From contig CAZNDS010000002.1 of NCBI GenBank assembly GCA_964571865.1, positions 1,973-36,158 of the forward strand: 34,186 nucleotides of DNA, written 5' to 3'. The position numbers and the translations under genes are program-made. Under the pieces are notes generated by a model. That model worked only from the letters and a program-made list of their open reading frames with translations. It searched no databases and was not told where the DNA came from. Of the stretch, positions 6,758-14,694 are shown in pieces (the first letter of the stretch is position 1; every line of letters starts with the position of its first letter). The DNA is from an uncultured Ignavibacteriaceae bacterium. Lineage in GTDB: Bacteria > Bacteroidota > Ignavibacteria > Ch128b.

Positions 6758-9403
6758 ATGAAACTCCATTTTGACAGCAACCAGGCATATCAACTCGAAG
6801 CTATCAAATCTATTACTGATATTTTTGAAGGGCAGCAATTAAACAGAGGTGAGTTTGAGTTTTCGCTTTCTCAACCCGGCTCAATCTTTACCGAAAACGG
6901 CTTCGGCAATCAAATTGATTTTGCCGACATAAAACAACTGACCGAGAACATTCAGAGAATTCAACAAAATAATGGACTGAAAGTATCTTCAGAGGATGAA
7001 ATCCAAAACAATGGATGGAATTTCTCGATTGAAATGGAAACCGGCACTGGTAAAACTTATGTATATCTCCGAACCATTTATGAATTGAGCAAACTTTACG
7101 GACTGAAAAAAATTGTGATTGTTGTTCCGTCAATCGCGATTCGTGAGGGCGTATTAAAAAATCTTGATATTACTGAAGAGCATTTTCAAAATCTTTACGA
7201 CAATATTCCCGTTACTTTCGATGTTTATGACAGCAAGAAAGTGTCTAACCTTCGCGGATTCGCGTCTTCAAACTCAGTGCAGATTTTAATTATCAATATT
7301 GATTCATTCGCGAAAGATGAAAATATAATTAACAAACCCAATGACAAACTCACCGGCAAAAAGCCAATTGAATTTATTCAAACGTGCAGACCGATTGTTA
7401 TTGTTGATGAACCACAGAATATGGAAACAGAAATCCGTAAGAGAGCAATTGAAAATCTTAATCCGCTTTGTACTCTCCGTTATTCTGCAACACATACAAA
7501 TCTTTACAACTTGGTTTATTCACTCAATCCGGTGAAAGCTTACGATTTGGGTTTGGTAAAGCAGATTGAAGTTGATTCAGTTGTAAGCGAAAATGATTTC
7601 AACACTCCTTTTCTTCAGTTAGAAAATATTACTCGAAGCGGTAATGCAATCAAAGCCAAGATAAAACTCGATACTGTTACCGAAACCGGAATTAAAAGAA
7701 GATCGGTAACTGCTAGCGCGAGAAAACTTGATCTGTATGAATTGTCAAATCAAAACGAAAAATATGATGGTTTAAAAATTTATGAAATTGATTTTGCCAA
7801 CGAACAGATTGAATTGACAAACGGAATCATTCTTAGAAAAGGAGAATCCGTTGGAGGAATGAATGACGATGTTACGCGTTTTATGATTAGTAAAACGGTT
7901 GAAGAACATTTAAAAAAGGAAAAGCATTATCGAGAAAAAGGAATAAAAGTTCTCTCTCTTTTCTTTATTGACAAGGTGAAGAACTATCGTGAATACGATA
8001 TTGACGGAAATTCCATAAAAGGGAAGTTCGCTCAGTGGTTTGAAGAAATATATCTTCAAGAAACTTCCAAGCCTGCGTACAAAGATTTGAATTCATATTC
8101 TGCTGATGAAATACATAATGGATATTTTTCTTGTGATCACAAAGGAAAAATAAAAGATACTGAAGGAGAATCGCAAGCAGATGATCAAACATATCAGCTT
8201 ATAATGAAGGATAAGGAAAAATTGCTCGATACAAATATTCCTCTTCGGTTTATATTTAGCCATTCTGCATTACGCGAGGGTTGGGATAATCCAAATGTAT
8301 TTCAAATCTGCACTTTGAACGAAACAAAATCGGAACTAAAAAAACGTCAGGAAATAGGAAGAGGATTAAGATTGGCAGTTAATCAGCAAGGACAAAGAAT
8401 ATTCGATCGCAACATAAACAAGCTAACTGTTGTTGCTAATGAACGATATGAAGATTTCGCAAAGGCATTACAAAAAGAAATTCAAGAAGATTGCGGCGTT
8501 GATTTTACCGGAAGAACTAAAAATAAAAATGACAAAAAGAAAGTCAACTACAGAAAAGGTTTTGAGGCGGATCCAAAATTTTTACAGATATGGGAAAAAA
8601 TCCGTTACCGCACAAAGTATAGAGTAGATTACGATACAGCTAAACTCATAACTCTTGCCTCAAATGCCGTTTGTAAAATGGGGGAAACAAAGAAGCCATC
8701 TATTAGATCAGTAACAAAAAAAGTTTTGTTGACAGATGAGGGAGTTGAGGGACTATTGATTAGGGATAGTAAAAAGGATGAATACTATTACAAATTTGAG
8801 ATTCCGGATATTCTGTCCTATATACAAAGTAAAACTGAATTAACAAGACACACAATATTAGAAATTCTTAAAAACTCAAAACGTTTGAAAGAATCTTTAT
8901 TGAATCCACAAATGTTTATGGATAATTCGGTTGCTTCAATACGCGAAGTGCTTCATGAACTAATGATAGATGGAATTAAGTATCAAAAAATCGGAAATAA
9001 ATTTTACGAAATGACATTATTCGATGACGAAGGTTTTGAGATTTATCTTGATGATTTCACACATCTTGTTAAAGACAACTCAAAAACAATTTATGATAAT
9101 TTCATTCCCCTTGACAGCAGTATAGAAAACCAATTTGCAAAAGATTGCGAAAGCAGTGAGCAAATTGAATTTTACTTCAAACTTCCCAATTGGTTTGAGA
9201 TTGACACACCGATTGGTAAATATCGTCCCGATTGGGCATTAGTTTTTAAAAGTGAAAAGAAAATTTATTTCGTTGCAGAAACAAAATCTTTCGGCCAGGA
9301 ATTGAGGCAGAGCGAAAAATTAAAAATTGAATGTGGGACAGCACATTTCAAGAATTTTGATGATGTAGTTTATAAAAGAGTTTCGTCAGTTTCAGAATTG
9401 TAA
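6758..9403 (+). CDS. res: Type III restriction enzyme Res subunit (SF2 helicase plus PD-(D/E)xK nuclease)
   Basis: 881-aa ORF. Walker A METGTGKTYVYL; motif II VIVDEPQNM; motif VI-like HSALREGWDNPNVFQI; C-terminal nuclease-like YRPDWALVF...YFVAETK. Same strand as mod and downstream of it. Confidence 0.9.
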   Translation: MKLHFDSNQAYQLEAIKSITDIFEGQQLNRGEFEFSLSQPGSIFTENGFGNQIDFADIKQLTENIQRIQQNNGLKVSSEDEIQNNGWNFSIEMETGTGKTYVYLRTIYELSKLYGLKKIVIVVPSIAIREGVLKNLDITEEHFQNLYDNIPVTFDVYDSKKVSNLRGFASSNSVQILIINIDSFAKDENIINKPNDKLTGKKPIEFIQTCRPIVIVDEPQNMETEIRKRAIENLNPLCTLRYSATHTNLYNLVYSLNPVKAYDLGLVKQIEVDSVVSENDFNTPFLQLENITRSGNAIKAKIKLDTVTETGIKRRSVTASARKLDLYELSNQNEKYDGLKIYEIDFANEQIELTNGIILRKGESVGGMNDDVTRFMISKTVEEHLKKEKHYREKGIKVLSLFFIDKVKNYREYDIDGNSIKGKFAQWFEEIYLQETSKPAYKDLNSYSADEIHNGYFSCDHKGKIKDTEGESQADDQTYQLIMKDKEKLLDTNIPLRFIFSHSALREGWDNPNVFQICTLNETKSELKKRQEIGRGLRLAVNQQGQRIFDRNINKLTVVANERYEDFAKALQKEIQEDCGVDFTGRTKNKNDKKKVNYRKGFEADPKFLQIWEKIRYRTKYRVDYDTAKLITLASNAVCKMGETKKPSIRSVTKKVLLTDEGVEGLLIRDSKKDEYYYKFEIPDILSYIQSKTELTRHTILEILKNSKRLKESLLNPQMFMDNSVASIREVLHELMIDGIKYQKIGNKFYEMTLFDDEGFEIYLDDFTHLVKDNSKTIYDNFIPLDSSIENQFAKDCESSEQIEFYFKLPNWFEIDTPIGKYRPDWALVFKSEKKIYFVAETKSFGQELRQSEKLKIECGTAHFKNFDDVVYKRVSSVSEL

Positions 9404-9438
9404 AGTTAATTTTGGTAATCTCTATAACTCTTCTACCA

Positions 9439-9474
9439 CTCCTCATTACATACTCTCCTCATAACACCCCCCCC
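9439..9474 (+). repeat. 12-bp direct repeat (CTCCTCATTACA / CTCCTCATAACA) followed by a C8 homopolymer tract
   Basis: Copies at 9439-9450 and 9455-9466, then CCCCCCCC at 9467-9474. They lie in a plus-strand stretch of about 55 nt that is free of G (about 9420-9474), between res and the ATPase gene. Confidence 0.7.
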
Positions 9475-9524
9475 GAAATCACCCATTTTCCTTGTTAAAT
9501 TGAATGAAAACGAAGGATTTTGAT

Positions 9525-9568
9525 TTTACTCAATGCATTGAGTAAATTTGCTCAGTCAATTGAGTAAA
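9525..9568. promoter_or_regulatory. two abutting 22-bp dyads TTTACTCA-N6-TGAGTAAA (operator-like) just upstream of the ATPase gene
   Basis: 9525-9546 TTTACTCAATGCATTGAGTAAA is a perfect 22-bp palindrome. 9547-9568 TTTGCTCAGTCAATTGAGTAAA matches in 7 of 8 arm positions. The pair ends 4 nt before the ATG at 9573. Confidence 0.6.
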
Positions 9569-9572
9569 AAAT

Positions 9573-10760
9573 ATGTATGAACGAAAACAGCTCTCGGAAC
9601 TTAAAAAAAGAATTAGTGAAGAATTGCCGCTCATCCAGGTGATAACAGGATCACGGCAGGTTGGTAAAACCACCTTAGCATCTCAATTAGTTGAAGCAAT
9701 AAATTTGCCGCATATTTTCGCATCGGCTGATGCCGTCCCTTTCTCATCATCAGGCTGGATTGAACAGCAGTGGGAAGCTGCCCGGATTAAATTGGCAAGC
9801 TCAACGTCCAATACATTCTTTTTGGTATTAGATGAAATTCAAAAAATCCAAAATTGGAGCGAGTCAGTAAAAAAACTATGGGATAAAGACCGGCGCAATA
9901 AAGTTAATCTAAAAATTATTTTGCTCGGCTCTTCAACATTAATGCTAAGCAAGGGATTAACAGAATCGTTGACAGGTCGGTTTGAGTTGATTCAACTGCC
10001 TCATTGGAGCTTTGCTGAAATGCATCAGGCATTTGGTTTTTCACACGACCAGTATGTTTTCTTTGGCGGTTACCCTGGCGCTGCGCGTTTTATTTCAGAC
10101 GAAAAAAGGTGGCGAGATTACATATTGAATTCAATAATTGAACCAACAATTTCAAAAGATATCTTGCAGCTTACAACAATTCAAAAACCCGCACTGCTTA
10201 AAAATCTGTTTGAGATTGCGTGCATTTATAACGGAGAAATTTTATCCTACAATAAAATGTTGGGGCAGCTTGTAGATGCCGGAAATACTACTACACTTTC
10301 GCATTATCAAAATTTACTCAACTCAGCATGGATGATTTCGGGCTTGCAAAAATTTTCAGGCTCAATTGTTTCTGCAAAATCATCAACGCCTAAGTGGTTA
10401 AATTATAATACGGCATTTACTTCTGTTTATACAAATAAAGAATTTGCATCAAGTTTAACACAGCACGAATATTGGGGACGCAGAGTTGAGCAAAGTATTG
10501 GTGCTTATTTATTAAACCTCTCAAGAATGCACAATTTCGATCTGTTTTATTGGAGAGAAGGAAACTACGAAGTGGATTTTGTTCTGAGAAAAAACAAAAA
10601 GGTGGTAACAGTTGAGGTAAAATCTGGCAAAGTGAAATTTCATGCGGGGCTTGAGCAATTCAAGAAAAAATACAAACCGGCAAAGAGCATATTAATAAGC
10701 GAAGATGCTTTAACCTGGAAAGAATTTCTAACGCTGAATTTGATATCGCTGTTTGAGTAA
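9573..10760 (+). CDS. AAA+ ATPase of the AAA_14/DUF4143 (COG1373-like) family with a C-terminal PD-(D/E)xK-like nuclease motif
   Basis: 395-aa ORF. Walker A GSRQVGKTTL; Walker B FFLVLDEIQK; C-terminal YWREGNYEVDFVLRKNKKVVTVEVKSGK (D...E-x-K). Confidence 0.8.
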   Translation: MYERKQLSELKKRISEELPLIQVITGSRQVGKTTLASQLVEAINLPHIFASADAVPFSSSGWIEQQWEAARIKLASSTSNTFFLVLDEIQKIQNWSESVKKLWDKDRRNKVNLKIILLGSSTLMLSKGLTESLTGRFELIQLPHWSFAEMHQAFGFSHDQYVFFGGYPGAARFISDEKRWRDYILNSIIEPTISKDILQLTTIQKPALLKNLFEIACIYNGEILSYNKMLGQLVDAGNTTTLSHYQNLLNSAWMISGLQKFSGSIVSAKSSTPKWLNYNTAFTSVYTNKEFASSLTQHEYWGRRVEQSIGAYLLNLSRMHNFDLFYWREGNYEVDFVLRKNKKVVTVEVKSGKVKFHAGLEQFKKKYKPAKSILISEDALTWKEFLTLNLISLFE

Positions 10761-10841
10761 GCTTTTCGAAACATTACTCGGCAATCCAATTCTAATAAAT
10801 TCCTTCTTCTTAGAATTTAGCCTCCTTTTTCTTCGAAAAGC
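10761..10841. repeat. nested inverted repeats (long imperfect hairpin) directly after the ATPase stop codon
   Basis: Outer arms GCTTTTCGAA (10761-10770) and TTCGAAAAGC (10832-10841) are a perfect 10-bp pair. Inner arms AATTCTAA (10788-10795) and TTAGAATT (10810-10817) are a perfect 8-bp pair. Confidence 0.45.
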
Positions 10842-10864
10842 AAACAGAAATGAAGAATGTTGAT

Positions 10865-10908
10865 TTTACTCAATGTATTGAGTAAAAGTACTCAGTGCCC
10901 TGAGTAAA
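10865..10908. promoter_or_regulatory. second copy of the 44-bp double dyad, with no gene attached
   Basis: 10865-10886 TTTACTCAATGTATTGAGTAAA and 10887-10908 AGTACTCAGTGCCCTGAGTAAA. By my alignment 36 of 44 positions match 9525-9568. Five of the eight differences fall in the N6 spacers and three in the left arm of the second dyad. The preceding TGAT is also shared. Confidence 0.6.
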
Positions 10909-10999
10909 GATTCTTACTCTTATTTTATCAGTTCAGTATCATTTGCCTAATAGGAATTGTGGTGTTTGTTAATGTTTTTTCTCTCAAGTTTAAAATACA

Positions 11000-11040
11000 A
11001 AAGGCGAATCAATGATCCGCCTTTCTTTAATTTTATTTTT
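11000..11040. terminator. intrinsic terminator-like hairpin with T-rich tails on both strands
   Basis: AAAGGCGAATC (11000-11010) pairs with GATCCGCCTTT (11014-11024) at 10 of 11 positions with a 3-nt loop, followed by CTTTAATTTTATTTTTT. The reverse strand also runs into a T-rich tract. Confidence 0.5.
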
Positions 11041-11130
11041 TGTCACTCCATTTGACCGCCTAGATTGATAAACTGGAAAAACAGTTTAAGCATTAAGAAA
11101 CTGACCAAATAGTTCTTAGAGTAGCTTTGT

Positions 11131-11207
11131 GTCTTGGTGTCTTTGTGGCTCTTGGGTTGAATTTGATTCTTAATCGAAATTTTTCTTTGCCACTAAGGCA
11201 CGAAGAC
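11131..11207. repeat. 19-bp imperfect inverted repeat built from GTGTCTT-type heptad units (structured intergenic element)
   Basis: GTCTTGGTGTCTTTGTGGC (11131-11149) pairs with GCCACTAAGGCACGAAGAC (11189-11207): 16 Watson-Crick pairs, 1 G-U and 2 mismatches. The loop is 39 nt. The left arm is a tandem GTGTCTT-N-GTGTCTT-N-GTGGCTCTT. Confidence 0.55.
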
Positions 11208-11321
11208 TCGAAGAATTACAAAGATTAATTCCTTTTTGAACAACCTCTTAATAAAAAAACATCCAGAGTAATAACCGTTTTAACGGTTTATTTTATAAAG
11301 CACTCAACATGAATTTTGTTC

Positions 11322-12308
11322 TTAAAACTTCCAAAAGAACGTCAGCTTGCCCGTTATATCGGACTTAACTCCGCTCATTTCATATTTATTGAAAGCAATA
11401 TTTGGAATGATGCTTAAGTTTTTATCTGCTTTATAATCAACTCCAGCAAGGATTGTAATTTCGGAGTCGTTCTTTACATTTGAATCAAAGTTTGCATCCC
11501 AAAAATCAAATCTTCCAAACAGCGCAAAGTCCTCCGAGACATTTGCATTTCCAAATGCAGAGACTCCGAGTGAATTTAAATTTTTGTCCCCAGGTAAAAC
11601 TTTTTGGAACGAATTATATAGTGCACTGGCGCCAAACGAATAAGAACCTTTTTCTTGATAGTATAGCCCGAATCTTCCCATCAAATGATTTTTATCCTTC
11701 GCAGCATTAGCAAAGTTTAGATCCAGATTTACTAAAAAATTTTGTGACACTTGTTGATTTACCTGAGCATATACACGTTTATATTTATTTGCTTCGGCGC
11801 CATGCGAACTGTTATTACCATACATTATCCAATAATTAGTGGATTTCTCTCCACCGAGAGTTCCTCTAACAGCGATTCCCATATCTCTTGTTGCAACTCC
11901 GCCACGAATATCCGCCTGGATTTTTTCAACAGAACGATATCCCCAATATTTTTCTTCAGTTTCGATCGGAGGTGTTCCTTGCAAACCGATAAAAAGTGCG
12001 GCGTTCTCAAATTTATATTGTACGTAGAGATCTTTAAGGTAAGATACGAATCTAGGAGCTCCGGAAAAATTTGCACCATCAGACTCTAACCTTACACGCG
12101 ATGCAAGTTTTTCTGAAACATCAAAATCTGCAGTGAAGAATAATCTTCTGAATTGAAATCCTTGCTGATCCTTTTCGGAAATTTTTCCCGCATTTCTTTC
12201 AAAATTGTAGAAGTAATCAAAATATGCCAGCCCGGAAAATTTAACCTGGCCGAATGATATCTGGCTCATTAATAAGATTGAGCAAATTGTTACTAGTATT
12301 TTTTTCAT
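11322..12308 (-). CDS. outer-membrane beta-barrel porin-like protein
   Basis: 328-aa ORF with signal peptide MKKILVTICSILLMSQISFGQ, an alternating amphipathic pattern rich in aromatics and Gly, and a C-terminal ...KLTFFWKF (terminal Phe, an OMP signature). It is the last gene of the Rrf2-led gene string. Confidence 0.6.
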   Translation of the reverse strand: MKKILVTICSILLMSQISFGQVKFSGLAYFDYFYNFERNAGKISEKDQQGFQFRRLFFTADFDVSEKLASRVRLESDGANFSGAPRFVSYLKDLYVQYKFENAALFIGLQGTPPIETEEKYWGYRSVEKIQADIRGGVATRDMGIAVRGTLGGEKSTNYWIMYGNNSSHGAEANKYKRVYAQVNQQVSQNFLVNLDLNFANAAKDKNHLMGRFGLYYQEKGSYSFGASALYNSFQKVLPGDKNLNSLGVSAFGNANVSEDFALFGRFDFWDANFDSNVKNDSEITILAGVDYKADKNLSIIPNIAFNKYEMSGVKSDITGKLTFFWKF

Positions 12309-12338
12309 ATAGCGTCCTATGTTTGTTAAAAATAATTG

Positions 12339-13085
12339 TTACTTGATTGAATGAATTACTAAATCCTTTGAGCTTCTTTTTATGAATTTCTCTTTCTGCA
12401 AACTGCCATAAATTTGTATTCTTGAAAAACCGGCTGATTTCAATGAGTTTGTTAAATCCTCTTTTGAGTGTGGATATATTTTCGTTGTGAACAAATTAAC
12501 ATCTTTCACATTAGCCTTTGAAATTGACAGGACATTGAAGCCAAGTATATTATTCTCAAAGTCATAAAATCGTACATAAATCATCTTTTCGTTTTCTGTG
12601 CTGCATATCAGTCTTTCTTTTCGATGTAAGATGCGATCATAATTAAGGATTTGAAACAAAAATGAACCTCCTGCATTTATCATTTTATAAACGTGCTTAA
12701 AAATTCTATTAATGTTTATTAAAGGAATGTTGGCAAGTGTGTTGCCTATTGAAATTACAAAGTCGGTTTTTAATTTTATTTTTTTGGGCTTAGTAAGGTC
12801 GTATTCATAAAATTTTATTTTGCAATTGTATTTTTCTGAATTCCTCCTAGCTGCATCTAACATCTTAGAAGAATTATCGAATGCTGAAACTTTCAATCCT
12901 AAACTCGATAGCGCTATAGAGTCGGCTCCGCTTCCGCATCCAAGATCCAGTGCGGTTTTATAGTTTTCCCGAATAAAATTTGGAAATAGTTTCTTCTTTG
13001 AATTTACCGAGTTGTCGAAGCTAACCATTTCATCATAAAAATCGGATATGGAGTTATAAAAGTTTTTGTTGTTCATAGCGTTCAC
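12339..13085 (-). CDS. class I SAM-dependent methyltransferase
   Basis: 248-aa ORF with motif I ALDLGCGSGADSIAL followed by an acidic residue (VSAFDNS). Its start overlaps the stop of the upstream hemerythrin gene by 4 nt. Confidence 0.75.
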   Translation of the reverse strand: MNAMNNKNFYNSISDFYDEMVSFDNSVNSKKKLFPNFIRENYKTALDLGCGSGADSIALSSLGLKVSAFDNSSKMLDAARRNSEKYNCKIKFYEYDLTKPKKIKLKTDFVISIGNTLANIPLININRIFKHVYKMINAGGSFLFQILNYDRILHRKERLICSTENEKMIYVRFYDFENNILGFNVLSISKANVKDVNLFTTKIYPHSKEDLTNSLKSAGFSRIQIYGSLQKEKFIKRSSKDLVIHSIK

Positions 13086-13555
13086 ACTAAATCGGTAAGT
13101 GTCTTTAACTCAGGCTCTGTTAATGTTCTCTCCACAAGATGGAAGAGAATGATATTTTCTTTATTTATGTGTCCGCTTAATAGATTCACAATTTCGGATG
13201 CGCTCCATCTCAATGCAATATAGTTATTTGTGTTAGTATTATCTAATTGGATCATTTCAACTTTCTCGATAAGTCGATCCATTTTTTCCCACAACATTCG
13301 ATGTTCTGTGCGCATCATTTGAGTTGGACTATTTTGCTGCAAATGTTTTTCAAGCAAGGGAAAAAGATTTCTTTCTTCGGATTCATTGTGGGAGCGGATC
13401 TCTTTAGAGATAAAATCAACTGATTTCTTAATCATCTTGAAGTCTTCTTCGTTGAATCCCTTTTCAACTAATCTGCGAGTTGCGTCGTCAAGAAATCCAA
13501 GCTGGACCAACCCATGCTCGTGTTCCGATACTAACTTTCTGATGTACGGATTCAT
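13082..13555 (-). CDS. hemerythrin (HHE cation-binding) domain protein
   Basis: 157-aa ORF with His/Glu spacing typical of hemerythrin-like four-helix bundles: SEHEHGL, HNESEERNLFPLLE, TEHRMLWEKM, SGHINKEN. It overlaps the upstream gene by 4 nt. Confidence 0.7.
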   Translation of the reverse strand: MNPYIRKLVSEHEHGLVQLGFLDDATRRLVEKGFNEEDFKMIKKSVDFISKEIRSHNESEERNLFPLLEKHLQQNSPTQMMRTEHRMLWEKMDRLIEKVEMIQLDNTNTNNYIALRWSASEIVNLLSGHINKENIILFHLVERTLTEPELKTLTDLV

Positions 13556-14655
13556 TGCTTCGTTCTTTCTCTATTTACATTCATCTCACTTGTTTCTTTA
13601 TTTATCTCTTTAAGATGTTCTGTTCCTGTCGGATGAGAATATGTCGACGATTCAATTTTTTTTATGTGTTCTATGTAGTCGCTCATTTCCATTTTATTCT
13701 GCCAATTGCCTGAAAGCATTCCAATGCCTGTTACCGCCATAAATATAATCACAATGGCTATTGCAACGGTTTTGGGTTTTATGGCTTTCTTTGTAATCAC
13801 CGATTTGAGTTCGAGTGTGTTTTTAACCGGACATGCGTCAACACAATTTAGACAAGATGTACATTCATCCGAAATTACTACTCTTGCTTTTGCAACATTT
13901 ATAAATGACGGGCAGACTTTATTGCATTTGTCACAGTCGACGCAAGTTGGAATGTTTCTTTGAATTTTATAAGGGCTTAAAAAAGTAAAAAACGACAAGA
14001 AGGCACCATATGGACATAAATATCTGCACCAGAAATTTCGAAAAACAACTGAAAGCAAAGCGAGCACAACAATAACAATTAGAGAAAATCTCGAAATCTT
14101 TGCAAAGAAATAATACATTTTAATATCGGCCACTTGATTGTAAGGACTGTCGAGAAACATTTTCAATGCAACGATATCCATCGCAAAAAATATGACATAA
14201 GCAAAAAATGCAAGCATTAAATATTTTAAGCTACGCAACGGATAGTCGAGAAATTTTGGCATTTTAATCTTGTGCTTAAAAAGCTTTTCTCCCAAATCGC
14301 CAAGACTTTCAGACATCAAGCCTACAGGACACAACCAGCTGCAAAATGACTTTCCGAACACGAATGACACCAAAATTATTGCCAGAAGAATAAAAATGCC
14401 GGCAGGATGAGCCCAATGTATATCTCCAGTTGCTACTGTATAACGAAGGGACATTAAAGAACTGATAGGAAGATAACCATCAACACCCGGCGGTCGATTC
14501 ATAAAAAATGTTTTTCCGCCGGTCTCTAAGTACGTAACGAAAAAATAAAACTCGACTCCTATCCATACTGAAAGCAATGTGAATAATGATTGAACTGTTA
14601 GTCTTACTTTTTGAATCGGTTTGTTAGTATTGCGGATAACTTTATTCATTTTCAT
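13552..14655 (-). CDS. polytopic membrane 4Fe-4S protein (NapH/MauN/YccM-like)
   Basis: 367-aa ORF. Two CX3CP motifs (CSWLCPVG, CRYLCPYG) lie between TM spans. Two ferredoxin-type clusters follow: CVDCDKCNKVCP and CTSCLNCVDACP. Confidence 0.75.
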   Translation of the reverse strand: MKMNKVIRNTNKPIQKVRLTVQSLFTLLSVWIGVEFYFFVTYLETGGKTFFMNRPPGVDGYLPISSLMSLRYTVATGDIHWAHPAGIFILLAIILVSFVFGKSFCSWLCPVGLMSESLGDLGEKLFKHKIKMPKFLDYPLRSLKYLMLAFFAYVIFFAMDIVALKMFLDSPYNQVADIKMYYFFAKISRFSLIVIVVLALLSVVFRNFWCRYLCPYGAFLSFFTFLSPYKIQRNIPTCVDCDKCNKVCPSFINVAKARVVISDECTSCLNCVDACPVKNTLELKSVITKKAIKPKTVAIAIVIIFMAVTGIGMLSGNWQNKMEMSDYIEHIKKIESSTYSHPTGTEHLKEINKETSEMNVNRERTKQ

Positions 14656-14694
14656 AGAATCAGATATATTTGTCCGAATAATTCCTAAAAAATT

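Noticed and set aside
9521-10908. Integron cassette/attC interpretation of the palindromic motifs flanking the ATPase
   Set aside because: No integron integrase nearby. I could not find RYYYAAC / GTTRRRY core sites. The motifs are two symmetric 22-bp dyads, not a single imperfect attC hairpin with extrahelical bases.
11480-12089. ORFs overlapping the porin gene (11480..11710+, 11751..12089+, 11825..12079-, 11839..12027+)
   Set aside because: They overlap the 328-aa ORF that has a signal peptide and a C-terminal Phe OMP signature. They have no independent support.
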